This document shows positions 9,163-18,080 of a stretch of 59,891 nt of DNA, piece after piece; position 1 is the stretch's first letter, and every line of letters begins with the position of its first letter. The notes below the pieces were generated by a model. The model was not told the DNA's origin. It was given only the letters and a program-made list of their open reading frames with translations, and did not search any database. A program made the position numbers and the translations under genes. The stretch lies in the NCBI GenBank assembly GCA_031404555.1, contig JANNHT010000181.1, positions 1 to 59,891 on the forward strand. The letters are read 5' to 3'. Source of the stretch: Gammaproteobacteria bacterium (GTDB lineage: Bacteria; Pseudomonadota; Gammaproteobacteria; Steroidobacterales; Steroidobacteraceae).

Positions 9163-10113
9163 TCAGTTCCAGATGCACTCGATCTCGACCAGGAGCTCCC
9201 GCCGGCAGATGTCGGCTTTGAGCAGCAGCAGGTCCGTGAGGCCCGGCAGGCCGGCGCGGATCCGCCCGGCGACGCCGCCATCGTCCACGCCCTGGCGCAG
9301 GTAGACCTTCGCGCTCGTCACCCGGGCGCCGCCGCCGGCGCGTCGCAGTTCACGGAGATTGGCGAGTGTCTCCTCGACCTGGGCGGCGAGGTCGCCGTCG
9401 TGCCGCGAGGCGTGGCCGACGATGCTCGAGGTGCCGGAACCGATCAGCGCGCCGGATTCGAGGCGCATCGCGCGCGCGAAGGCGGGCGGGCTCGGCCCGT
9501 ACTGACGCGGATACGCGTAGGCATGCTCCTGGCGCGGATTCTCGACCGGCTTTCCCGGCCGCTTTCCCGCGAGCCAGCAGACTTGCAGCCACCCGGTCGC
9601 GTGGTGGCGCCCGACCGCGGTCGCAGCCGGCAGGCGCGAAACCGGAAAATCACTGAAACCGCGCGAGCGGCCGACGCAGAACTGCCGGTACCGCTCACGA
9701 TCGCCCTCGCCCTCGTTGATCGCGTCGAGAAAATTCCAGATGCGCAGCAGGTGGCGCTGCGGCTGGCGCTCCTGGAACTGCCGGACTTGCCGATACGCGG
9801 CTTCCGCCGCTTCCGGTATGCCGCCGGCGCGCTCCTCGATCTCGAGCCGGCCGAACAGGAAATCCTCGTGCGCCGCATACCGGATCTCGCCGTCCGCCGA
9901 GATCGTGACCGGACCCGGCGCAAGCCAGGACTCGACGGCGCGTCGGCCGTCGCCGGTACGAAGCCCGGTGTCGATCAGCCGCGGGTCATCGCCAGGGCGC
10001 GAATCGCCCCCGAACGCGAACGCCGCGAGCGTGTCCGGTCCGGGCGTCCAGCGGGAAGCATCGGCATGCAGCTCGATCCGCAGGTCGCGCGGCCGTACTG
10101 CGCGCGCTTCCAT
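9163..10113 (-). CDS. xanB2: chorismatase, FkbO/Hyg5/XanB2 family (hydroxybenzoate-forming)
   Basis: ATG at 10113 lies 1 nt after the halogenase stop. The C-terminal RidA/YjgF-like region ends in KADICRRELLVEIECIW, typical of this family. The context (AMP-ligase, ACPs, KSs) matches xanthomonadin loci. Confidence 0.75.
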   Translation of the reverse strand: MEARAVRPRDLRIELHADASRWTPGPDTLAAFAFGGDSRPGDDPRLIDTGLRTGDGRRAVESWLAPGPVTISADGEIRYAAHEDFLFGRLEIEERAGGIPEAAEAAYRQVRQFQERQPQRHLLRIWNFLDAINEGEGDRERYRQFCVGRSRGFSDFPVSRLPAATAVGRHHATGWLQVCWLAGKRPGKPVENPRQEHAYAYPRQYGPSPPAFARAMRLESGALIGSGTSSIVGHASRHDGDLAAQVEETLANLRELRRAGGGARVTSAKVYLRQGVDDGGVAGRIRAGLPGLTDLLLLKADICRRELLVEIECIWN

Positions 10114-10114
10114 C

Positions 10115-11434
10115 TCAGGCCGGGTCCTGCCGGGTCGTGCCACCGGTGAACTCCGCCTCCCTGCGGCGGCGCCGGTCGCGGGCGTAGGCGAGGGCTTTCG
10201 GCAGCTGCCTGAGCGACGACAGGTAGTACAGGACCTTGAACATCCTGAGGCGCCTGCCAATCATCGGCGTGCCGAACACGTCGCCCGCGAGCATCGAGAT
10301 CACCGCCTGCTCCATCCCGAGGGAATTGCGCGGGTTGGCAAAGAGCTGGCGCGTCACCGGCGAATTGAACCGCTCGATGAACCAGGAGAGCGAACGCAGG
10401 CCTTCCCACACCTCGCGCTCGTATTCCTTCTTCAGCCGCCGCTCGAGCGCGGGTTCGTCGAGCACGCGGTCGATGACTTCCGCGGCACGCTCGGCCGCGC
10501 GCATCGCGAGGAACACGCCGGTCGAGAAGATCGGGTCGACGAATGCGCCGGCATCGCCCGCCATCAGCCAGCGCTGGCCGGTCAGCTTTCCGCAGAGATA
10601 GGAGTAGTTGCCGGTCGCATGCAGGTTGCCGACGATGGTCGCGCCCGCCATGCGCTCTTTCGCGCCCGGAACGCCATCGAGGACCCGGCGCAGGAAATCC
10701 GCGGGCGGCTCGCGGCGGTTCTTGAGGAGATCGGGATCGGCGACGATGCCGACGCTCACGATGCCGTCCCGGAGCGGGATCATCCAGGCCCAGCCGTGAT
10801 CGTGGCCGTAGATGCTGATGTTGCCGGCATCCTCGCCGGCGCGCCGCTCCACGCCGCGGAAATGCGCGAACAGCGCGGCGCTGCGATGGCGCGGATGCTT
10901 GCGCTTGATCCCGAGCAGGCCGCCCAGCAGCGCGTCGCGGCCGGTCGCATCCACGAGCTGCCGGGCGCGGATGACCACGCGCGTGCCATCCTCGTTCTCG
11001 GCCGTCGCCGTCACGGCGTCGCCCGACAGGTCGATCTCGCGCACCCGAACGCCCTCGCGCGCATCCGCGCCCGCTGCTGCCGCATGACGGAAGAGCAGCT
11101 GGTCGAACTCCTCGCGCTTGACCTGAAAGGCATAGCCCGGCGTCGATCCCAGCGCCCGGCTGAAACGGAATACGTTGAATGCCGCGCCGTTCATCGTCGG
11201 GAAATCCGCGCCGAGCTTCAGCACGCCGATCTCGCGCACGGCGTCCAGCACGCCGAGGCGCTCGAGGACGGGCAGGTTGGCCGGGAGCAGCGATTCGCCG
11301 ATATGGAAGCGCGGGTGGCGGTCGCGTTCGAGCAGGATGACGGATCGGCCGCGCCTGGCAAGGAATGCCGCGGCCGTGCTGCCCGCCGGCCCTCCACCGA
11401 TCACCAGCGTGTCGCAGTCCATTTCGCTCGCCAC
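10115..11434 (-). CDS. flavin-dependent halogenase
   Basis: 439 aa with FAD fold VIGGGPAGSTAA, the halogenase signature WxWxIP (GWAWMIP) and FVDPIFSTGV. Starts with GTG. Confidence 0.85.
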   Translation of the reverse strand: MASEMDCDTLVIGGGPAGSTAAAFLARRGRSVILLERDRHPRFHIGESLLPANLPVLERLGVLDAVREIGVLKLGADFPTMNGAAFNVFRFSRALGSTPGYAFQVKREEFDQLLFRHAAAAGADAREGVRVREIDLSGDAVTATAENEDGTRVVIRARQLVDATGRDALLGGLLGIKRKHPRHRSAALFAHFRGVERRAGEDAGNISIYGHDHGWAWMIPLRDGIVSVGIVADPDLLKNRREPPADFLRRVLDGVPGAKERMAGATIVGNLHATGNYSYLCGKLTGQRWLMAGDAGAFVDPIFSTGVFLAMRAAERAAEVIDRVLDEPALERRLKKEYEREVWEGLRSLSWFIERFNSPVTRQLFANPRNSLGMEQAVISMLAGDVFGTPMIGRRLRMFKVLYYLSSLRQLPKALAYARDRRRRREAEFTGGTTRQDPA

Positions 11435-11480
11435 CGCATCCGACCGGCATCGATTCTAGCCGGGCCCGAACCCGGGGGCA

Positions 11481-11486
11481 TATAAT
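11481..11486 (+). promoter_or_regulatory. candidate -10 hexamer (TATAAT) for the ACP-KS-KS operon
   Basis: A perfect TATAAT in an otherwise GC-rich divergent spacer, 48 nt upstream of ATG 11534. I found no convincing -35. Confidence 0.3.
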
Positions 11487-11533
11487 TGAGTGGCCTCCGC
11501 ACACCAACCACACGGCCACGGCCGGCCCGAATC

Positions 11534-11806
11534 ATGCCTTCAAGCCAATCCCCCGCAGAGCGGGCGCTCGCCGAGTTGATCGTCGCCGCGGTCAACCTCG
11601 AGGACGTTCGCCCCGAGGACGTGGACCCCGAAGCGCCGCTCTTCGGCGACGGGCTCGGGCTCGATTCGATCGACGCGCTCGAACTCGCGCTCGAGGTCTC
11701 GAAACGCTACGGCGTTTCGCTCCGCGCCGATGACGAGGAGAACCGGCGCATCTTCGCGTCGCTCAGGGCGCTGTCGACGCACATCGAGAGCCGCCGGACG
11801 AGTTGA
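11534..11806 (+). CDS. acyl carrier protein (second ACP of the locus)
   Basis: Internal ATG at 11534 gives a 90-aa acidic protein with LGLDSIDALELAL. Confidence 0.8.
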   Translation: MPSSQSPAERALAELIVAAVNLEDVRPEDVDPEAPLFGDGLGLDSIDALELALEVSKRYGVSLRADDEENRRIFASLRALSTHIESRRTS

Positions 11807-13020
11807 TGGCGGCCGCTGACCGCGCCGCGAAGCCCCGTTGCATTCCGCCACTCGCGATCACCGCGTACACGGCGACCTCCGCGCTCGGTGCCGGACTCGA
11901 CGCGCACCGGCGGGCGATCCGCGAACGGCGGGGCGGCCTGCGCCGCAACGACTTCACTTCGACGCCGCTCGACACCTGGATCGGCCGCGTGGACGGCCTG
12001 GAATCGGAATCGCTGCCCGCCGCGCACGCGCGCTGGGATTGCCGCAACAATCTCCTCGCCTCCCTCACACTCCGCCAGGACGGATTCGGCGATGCCGTCG
12101 CCGCGGCGCGCGGGCGCTACGGCGCCTCGCGCATCGCGCTCCTCCTCGGCACCTCGACCGGCAGCATCGGCGCGACCGAGGAGGCGTATCGCAGCCAGCT
12201 GCCCGACGGGCGTTTCCCGGAGGCGCTGCGCGAGCCGATCATGCACATGGCCCACTCGCTCGCCGAGTACACCCGCCGCGCGCTCGGCCTCGAGGGCATC
12301 GCGAGCACGATCGCGACCGCCTGCTCCTCGAGCGCAAAGGTGTTCGCCCAGGCGGAGCGCATGATCCGTGCCGGCGTCGCGGATGCCGCCGTGGTCGGCG
12401 GCGTCGACACGCTCTGCGGCAGCGTGCTGTTCGGATTCAATTCACTCGGGCTGGTCGCACCCGATCCCTGCCGCCCGTTCGACATCGCGCGCCGCGGCAT
12501 CAGCATCGGTGAGGCCGGCGGCTTCGCGCTCATCGAGCGAGTCGGCGACGGCCCGCGGCTCCTCGGCTACGGCGAGTCGAGCGATGCGCATCACATGTCG
12601 TCGCCGCATCCGGAGGGTCTCGGCGCGCGGCTCGCGATCGAGGATGCGTTCGCGCGCTCGGGTCTGTGCGCCGCTGACATCGGCTACATCAACCTGCACG
12701 GCACGGCGAGCGCGAAGAACGACGAAGTCGAGGCGGCGCTGATCGCCGAGCTGTTCCCCGGATCGACGCACGCGAGCTCGACCAAGGGCTGGACCGGCCA
12801 CGCGCTCGGCGCCGCCGGCATCCTAGAAGCGGTCATCACGCTGCTCGCGCTCGACGAAGGGCTTGCGCCCGGCATGCTGAATACGACCGCTCTCGACCCG
12901 GCCTGCGGGCCGCAGATGCGCATCGACAACGCGCCGCTTGGCCGGCGCGTCGCGCTGTCGCAATCCTTCGGCTTCGGCGGCAGCAACTGCGTGCTCGCCT
13001 TCGGCGCGGAACGCCGGTGA
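11803..13020 (+). CDS. beta-ketoacyl synthase (polyene-elongating KS)
   Basis: 405 aa with ATACSSSAKVF (active-site Cys), LHGTASAKND and GHALGAAG. Its start overlaps the ACP stop. Confidence 0.9.
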   Translation: MMAAADRAAKPRCIPPLAITAYTATSALGAGLDAHRRAIRERRGGLRRNDFTSTPLDTWIGRVDGLESESLPAAHARWDCRNNLLASLTLRQDGFGDAVAAARGRYGASRIALLLGTSTGSIGATEEAYRSQLPDGRFPEALREPIMHMAHSLAEYTRRALGLEGIASTIATACSSSAKVFAQAERMIRAGVADAAVVGGVDTLCGSVLFGFNSLGLVAPDPCRPFDIARRGISIGEAGGFALIERVGDGPRLLGYGESSDAHHMSSPHPEGLGARLAIEDAFARSGLCAADIGYINLHGTASAKNDEVEAALIAELFPGSTHASSTKGWTGHALGAAGILEAVITLLALDEGLAPGMLNTTALDPACGPQMRIDNAPLGRRVALSQSFGFGGSNCVLAFGAERR

Positions 13021-13829
13021 CCGCCGTGGAATCGCCGCGCGCATTCATCGACGGCATCGCCTGGTGGTCGTCCGGGCTTCCCGACTGGGCTGCCGCAGCC
13101 GCCGTCATCGCGGGCGGCGCGGCGCCCGCGATCGACCCACGCACGCGGCCAGCGCCCTCGCTGCTGCCACCCGCGGAACGCCGTCGCGCGCCCGATGCGG
13201 TCGCGGTCGCGATCGAAGTCGCCTCACGTGCCTGCGCGGCCGCAGGCGTCCCGCCCGCGGCGTTGCCGGGCGTGTTCGCGACCGCGCACGGCGAGCTCGC
13301 GATCACCGATTATCTCTGCGACATCCTGCTGCGCGAGCCGCTGCACACCTCGCCGACGAAGTTCCACAACTCCGTGCACAACGCGCCGGCCGGCTACTGG
13401 TGCATCGCGAGTGGCTGCCATGCGCCCTACACCACCGTGAGCGCCGCAGGGTTTTCCTGCGCGACGGGCCTCCTCGAGGCGCTCACGCAGGTCGCGGCGG
13501 ACAGCGCGCCCGTGCTCTACGTCGCGTATGACACGGAGGCGCGGGGCGCGCTCGCGACCAGCGTGACAAGCCGGGGCCTGCTGGGCGCCGGACTCGTGCT
13601 GTCGCCGGTGCAGAGCGCACGCTCCATCGCCGAGATCGGCTGGCGAGTACGCGCGGGTGATGCGTCACAGCTGACCGTCGCCGATTCCGGGATCTCGGCC
13701 CTCGCCGGCGAGAACGCGATGGCGCCCTGCCTGCCGCTCTTCGAGGCCGTCGCGCGCCGTGCGGGCACGGTCGTCATGGCCCTGACCCCATCCTGCCTGC
13801 TGGAGCTGCGGCTCGCCGCAACCGCCTGA
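13017..13829 (+). CDS. beta-ketoacyl synthase N-terminal-like / chain-length-factor-like partner
   Basis: 270 aa, truncated KS-like sequence, translationally coupled to the KS (overlap 13017-13020). This is the usual KS/partner pair in aryl-polyene loci. Confidence 0.65.
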   Translation: MTAVESPRAFIDGIAWWSSGLPDWAAAAAVIAGGAAPAIDPRTRPAPSLLPPAERRRAPDAVAVAIEVASRACAAAGVPPAALPGVFATAHGELAITDYLCDILLREPLHTSPTKFHNSVHNAPAGYWCIASGCHAPYTTVSAAGFSCATGLLEALTQVAADSAPVLYVAYDTEARGALATSVTSRGLLGAGLVLSPVQSARSIAEIGWRVRAGDASQLTVADSGISALAGENAMAPCLPLFEAVARRAGTVVMALTPSCLLELRLAATA

Positions 13830-13842
13830 CGGCACGTCTTCG

Positions 13843-14277
13843 CTACACCGCGGCTTTTCCCTCGATCACCGCCGCGCGGCCGCTCGCGAGTTCGGCGCCG
13901 CCCTGCGTCACGCGAAAGCGGTACTGCAATCCGGCCGCGCCCGCAGCGAGCCGCTCCACTTCGACAGTGAGTTCGCCGCCCGCCGCGTCTACCGCCGTCG
14001 ACGCGAGGTTGACATCGCGCAGCGACACCAGCATGCCGGGCCGCGTCCTGGCATCGCCGCCCGTCACCAGCGAGCCATGGGCGGCCATCGCCTGCGCGCC
14101 ATACTCGCAGAGCGCGACCGCGTGCAGGACGCCGGAGCGCCGCAGCGGATGGTCCGCGGCCGCGTGCGAAGTCGCGCTGAATGTCGCGCTGCGCTCATCC
14201 CAGGCGACCGCGCGCGCGAGCAGGCACATGGATCCCGCCTGCGGCACGAGTGTGTGGATGTCGGGTGCGGTTTTCAC
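13843..14277 (-). CDS. hotdog-fold 3-hydroxyacyl-ACP dehydratase (ApeI-like)
   Basis: GTG at 14277 overlaps the MMPL stop (GTGA). The 144-aa C-terminal part of ORF 13843-14688 carries the hotdog-like sequence. The rest of that ORF is Arg/Pro-rich filler overlapping the MMPL gene. Confidence 0.65.
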   Translation of the reverse strand: MKTAPDIHTLVPQAGSMCLLARAVAWDERSATFSATSHAAADHPLRRSGVLHAVALCEYGAQAMAAHGSLVTGGDARTRPGMLVSLRDVNLASTAVDAAGGELTVEVERLAAGAAGLQYRFRVTQGGAELASGRAAVIEGKAAV

Positions 14278-16586
14278 GCGCGTGCCGCGCTTCGGGGAAT
14301 GGACAGCGCGAGCAGGAAGTTGAAGGTCACGCCGAGCGCGACCGTGATGCCGATTGAGCGCAGCACCGGGATCGTCGAGAACGACAGCAGCACGAACACC
14401 ATCAGCGTCGAGAGCGCGCAGGCGAGGACGCCGTGCAGGGTCCGCAGCCGTTCCGGGCGCCGGAGGCCCGCGTGTTCGAAGAAGAGCGCATAGTCGAGGC
14501 CAAGGCCCGCCGCCAGCACCAGCGACACCAGGTGAAAGAGATCGAGCGCCTGCCCAGCGAGGCGCAGCGTCATCACGATCAGGAGAGTCGAGAGCGCCAT
14601 CGGCGCGAGCACGCGCGCGGCGCGCCCCCAGCTTCCGAGGCTCAGGCGCACGACCGCAACCAGGAGGAGCGCCGCGGCCGCGAGGCACAGCAGCATGCGC
14701 TCGCGCTGCCGCACGACGAGCGCCGCGGATTCTCCCTTGAGGTCGATCACGGTCACGCCGTTGGCACCGGCCCAGCTGCCGAGCGCTGCGGCGTCGATGA
14801 CGCCGGAGAACAGGAGGGTCGCGGCCCAGCCGTCTTCCCGCTCGCGCAGCAATCCGTCGACGAGCGCGGCCTCCGTCGTCGACCGCAGGCCATCGAGTGT
14901 CAGTGGCGACAGTGTCCGGGCGCGCTCGAGGTCGGCGAGAAACGGCGTGAACGTGTCATCGCGATAGGGCAGTCCGCGCGCGGCCGCCGCGAGCATCGCC
15001 GCGAGCGCGTCCGGCGCCGGCAGGGCGCGCTGCCTTTCCCGCTGGCGTTGTGCGGACGGCAGGTAGCGCGCCGCGTGGTCGAATTGCGAGATGGCGCCTG
15101 CCGCGACCTGCGCCTCGAGCCCCGGTGTCGCGGCCTCGAGCGCGGCGAGCGCTGCTTCCGGCGTCGCGGCCGTGATCAGCCCGAGATAGCGCGCATCGGG
15201 CGCACCGACGGCGTGGCGCAGCTCGTTGTCCACCGCCAGCAGCTCGCGCGGCACGGGCGTCAGCGCGCCGAGGTCGTCTTGCCAGAACCGGCCGGGCGCA
15301 AGGAGCAGGATCGCGATGGCGGCGAGCGCAGCGCCCCCGAGTCCGGGCGCGCGGAGCGCGGGCCAGGCGAGCGCCGCATCCAACCGCGCGACCGGCGGCA
15401 GCTCCGCGGCGTCCCGGAAATCGTCGCCCATGATCCGCGGCAGCGCGTAGCGCGTCGTGAGGCCTGCGACCAGCAGGCCCGTGATCGTGAACCAGGCGAG
15501 CTGCGCGAGTCCGGCGACGCCCGAGGCCAGGAAGGCGAGATAGGCGACGCAGGTGCTCGCGACGCCGGTTGCGAGCGTCCGCCACAGCGCGCGCGCCGTC
15601 GCAAGCGGCTCGACCGTGCGGTGCTGGTGGCTGAAGAGGTGCAGCGGGTAGTCCTGGGCCACGCCGATCAGCGTGAATCCGAAGGCGAGCGTGATGCCGT
15701 GCACTTCGCCGAAGCGGATTCCCACCATCGCGAGGCCGGCGAGACCGGCGGAGGCGATCGGCAGCGCGGCCAGCAGCAGCACCCGCCACCGACGGTACGC
15801 GAAGTACAGGAGCACCAGCAGCGCGACCGTGGCGGCCGAACCGAGCACGGTGGCTTCGCGCTGCGTGCGCTCCTTCATCAGCGCCGAGAAGCGGCCGGGT
15901 CCGCTGACGGTCATCTGGAAGTCGTCGTCGTCGCGGAGCGACTCGAATGCGGACTCGAGTGCCGCGATGGCGCGGGCCTGCGCGTCGGGATCGAATCCTC
16001 CCGCGGCGGTCTCGATCGCAAGCAGCGCGCGCGTACCCGATTCGTCGAACCAGGCGCCGCCGATGCTCCGCGGCGCGGCGCGCGCCGCCCAGGACTCGAG
16101 GACGGCGAGCGCCTCGAGCGTCGGGTCGGCCGGGATCAGTGATTCCAGCAGCGGCGCGGCCGGTGAGGCCAGGTCCTGGAGTCGCTCCGTCAACGCATCG
16201 CGCAGAATCCCCTCGTCGAACGGCCGGCCGTCCCGCGCCGGCGTGAGCAGGTGGCGGTGCTCCGTCACCCAGTCGGGGATGCGCTGCTCCGCGCCGTTTC
16301 GAACCTGGCGGAACTCCGGCGAGCCGCGCAGCCGCTCCGCGAGCGCGTGAGAGAGTTCCGCGAGAACCGCCGGATCCCCGCCGTCGAGCGCGACCAGCAG
16401 CAGTCGCGATGCCGGGCTGTCGCCGATGCCGTCCAGCACGAACTGCTGGGCGGGCGTGGATGCATCCGGCAGGAAGAGGCGCAGGTCGCTGCTGACGCGA
16501 AGCGTTGTCGCAACGACGACAGAGAGCGCGACCAGCGCTGCGATCCAGAGGCCGAGCCAGGCCGTGCTGTGCCAGCGGCCGCTCAT
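14274..16586 (-). CDS. MMPL/RND-family exporter
   Basis: 770 aa with two blocks of hydrophobic TM helices separated by soluble loops. Sits at the standard MMPL position in aryl-polyene loci. Confidence 0.85.
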   Translation of the reverse strand: MSGRWHSTAWLGLWIAALVALSVVVATTLRVSSDLRLFLPDASTPAQQFVLDGIGDSPASRLLLVALDGGDPAVLAELSHALAERLRGSPEFRQVRNGAEQRIPDWVTEHRHLLTPARDGRPFDEGILRDALTERLQDLASPAAPLLESLIPADPTLEALAVLESWAARAAPRSIGGAWFDESGTRALLAIETAAGGFDPDAQARAIAALESAFESLRDDDDFQMTVSGPGRFSALMKERTQREATVLGSAATVALLVLLYFAYRRWRVLLLAALPIASAGLAGLAMVGIRFGEVHGITLAFGFTLIGVAQDYPLHLFSHQHRTVEPLATARALWRTLATGVASTCVAYLAFLASGVAGLAQLAWFTITGLLVAGLTTRYALPRIMGDDFRDAAELPPVARLDAALAWPALRAPGLGGAALAAIAILLLAPGRFWQDDLGALTPVPRELLAVDNELRHAVGAPDARYLGLITAATPEAALAALEAATPGLEAQVAAGAISQFDHAARYLPSAQRQRERQRALPAPDALAAMLAAAARGLPYRDDTFTPFLADLERARTLSPLTLDGLRSTTEAALVDGLLREREDGWAATLLFSGVIDAAALGSWAGANGVTVIDLKGESAALVVRQRERMLLCLAAAALLLVAVVRLSLGSWGRAARVLAPMALSTLLIVMTLRLAGQALDLFHLVSLVLAAGLGLDYALFFEHAGLRRPERLRTLHGVLACALSTLMVFVLLSFSTIPVLRSIGITVALGVTFNFLLALSIPRSAARA

Positions 16587-17206
16587 GGCGCCTCGCCGCA
16601 GTGAATCGCGCGCGACCCGGCGAGGTCAGTCGCGGTCGCGGCCTCCAGCAGCAGTTCGCTCGCGACGCGCCCGTCCCGGAGGACGGTCAGGCAGCGCGGC
16701 ACATCCGCGCTGCCCCGCACGCGAAGGGTCGAAGCGACGCTGCCCGCGGCCGCCTGCCGCGGCGTGAGCTCGAGCTGCCAACCGTCGCCGGCGGCGCTGT
16801 ACACGATCGCGAATTCCCGCTTGAGTGCCGCGCGGTCGCCCGAGAGCAGCGCCGAGATGCCGACCAGGAGCCCGCCGAGCTCGGGCGCGCGGGCGAGCGA
16901 GAAGCGCCGCGCGGGGCGGCCAGCGCGCTCGATGCGGACTTCGTCGCCGTTGATGTCGGTCCGTTCCTGGTACGGCGCGGTGACGACGCGCGCGAGCTTT
17001 CCGGCGCCTACGTATTCCAGCGTGCCGCTCACGATGAGTTCCTGCTTGAGCAGTCGGCTCGCGTGAAACTCGGCGAACGGGATCGACTGCGGCGAATCGC
17101 GCGCGAGCGCGGCGAGGAGCGCATCGAGGTCGCGGGACTCCGCGGCCGCGGCTGGCGCCGCCGCGAGCGCGATCCAGAGCAATGCCTTAGCGGGCCCAGA
17201 AGTCAT
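16583..17206 (-). CDS. LolA-like outer-membrane lipoprotein carrier protein
   Basis: ATG at 17206 gives a ~207-aa protein with a signal peptide ([17 protein letters not shown]). Its position between the acyltransferase and the MMPL gene is as in APE loci. The call rests mainly on context. Confidence 0.6.
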   Translation of the reverse strand: MTSGPAKALLWIALAAAPAAAAESRDLDALLAALARDSPQSIPFAEFHASRLLKQELIVSGTLEYVGAGKLARVVTAPYQERTDINGDEVRIERAGRPARRFSLARAPELGGLLVGISALLSGDRAALKREFAIVYSAAGDGWQLELTPRQAAAGSVASTLRVRGSADVPRCLTVLRDGRVASELLLEAATATDLAGSRAIHCGEAP

Positions 17207-18080
17207 AGAAGTTGAACCAGTTGTACGGCGCCGCCTGCACGCGCGCGGCCAGCCGGTCGGCGAAATGCTGCACCCACTCCGCGAGCGGCCGGCCGCCGCT
17301 CCGCTCCCGCACGATGCGCTCGGCCACCGCCTCGAAGTGCAGATGATATCGGTTGCCGCCGAGGTAGGTGCCGAAGCAGAGGACGACCGGCACGCCGAGC
17401 ACGACCGCGATCTCCCAGGGCGCAGCCGGGAAGGCCGCGGTGTCGCCCAGGAACTGCGCGTCGATCGAGCGGCCGCCCGGGCGCACGCGATCCACCAGCA
17501 TCGCGACCAGCGCGCGCTGGTCGAGCGCATCCTTGATGGCGAGTGCGACGCCGGTTCCGGCCTGGCGCGAATCGATCACGGTCGCCGCGAGCTCCGGGTT
17601 CAGCGAGTTCAGGAGCTGCGACATCGCCGGCGCCTGGCCGAGGTCGATGACCGTCCGGAACTTGAGGTCCGGCCGCGTGAGCCCGAGCGCCCGCGTCACC
17701 TCATAGCTGCCGAAGTGCGCGCCGAACAGCAGCAGGCCGCGGCCGTGCGCCACCATCTCGTGCACCTGCTCGAGTCCCGTCGTCTCGATCTCGAAACGGT
17801 CGAGCCCCTCGTCCAGCAGGTAGATGCGGTCGAGCGTCACCTGCGAGAAGCGCAGGATGTGGCGATAGCCTTCGGTGAACCGGGCGGGCCGGCCGAACAC
17901 GCGGGCGAGGAAGGCCCGCGAGGCGCGCCGCTCCGGGCCGCGGCGCCACATGAAATAGAACGCGACGACGGCCACGATCACGCGCGCGGCCGCGCGGCCG
18001 CAGAAGCGCGCGAACCCGGTCATCAGCACGAGGATCGGCCGGCCGCCGCCCTCGGGGCGCTGGATCCACTGGTCGGTCAT
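17187..18080 (-). CDS. LpxL/HtrB-family lipid acyltransferase
   Basis: 297 aa with an N-terminal TM segment and an AHFGSYE box equivalent to the HX4D/E motif (HFGNWE) of lauroyl/myristoyl acyltransferases. Confidence 0.75.
   Translation of the reverse strand: MTDQWIQRPEGGGRPILVLMTGFARFCGRAAARVIVAVVAFYFMWRRGPERRASRAFLARVFGRPARFTEGYRHILRFSQVTLDRIYLLDEGLDRFEIETTGLEQVHEMVAHGRGLLLFGAHFGSYEVTRALGLTRPDLKFRTVIDLGQAPAMSQLLNSLNPELAATVIDSRQAGTGVALAIKDALDQRALVAMLVDRVRPGGRSIDAQFLGDTAAFPAAPWEIAVVLGVPVVLCFGTYLGGNRYHLHFEAVAERIVRERSGGRPLAEWVQHFADRLAARVQAAPYNWFNFYDFWAR

Noticed and set aside
9716-11519. ORFs 9716-11485 (+) and 9975-11519 (-, alternative frame) overlapping the halogenase and chorismatase genes
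   Set aside because: Alternative-frame artefacts. Only the frame 10115-11434 (-) gives the GGGPAG and WxWxIP motifs.
14433-16142. 569-aa ORF antisense to the MMPL gene, and similar long antisense ORFs at 19016-20329, 43817-45370, 45691-46980 and 48916-50538
   Set aside because: All lie opposite strongly supported genes, have Arg/Gly/Asp/His-rich low-complexity sequence, and lack start-site context.
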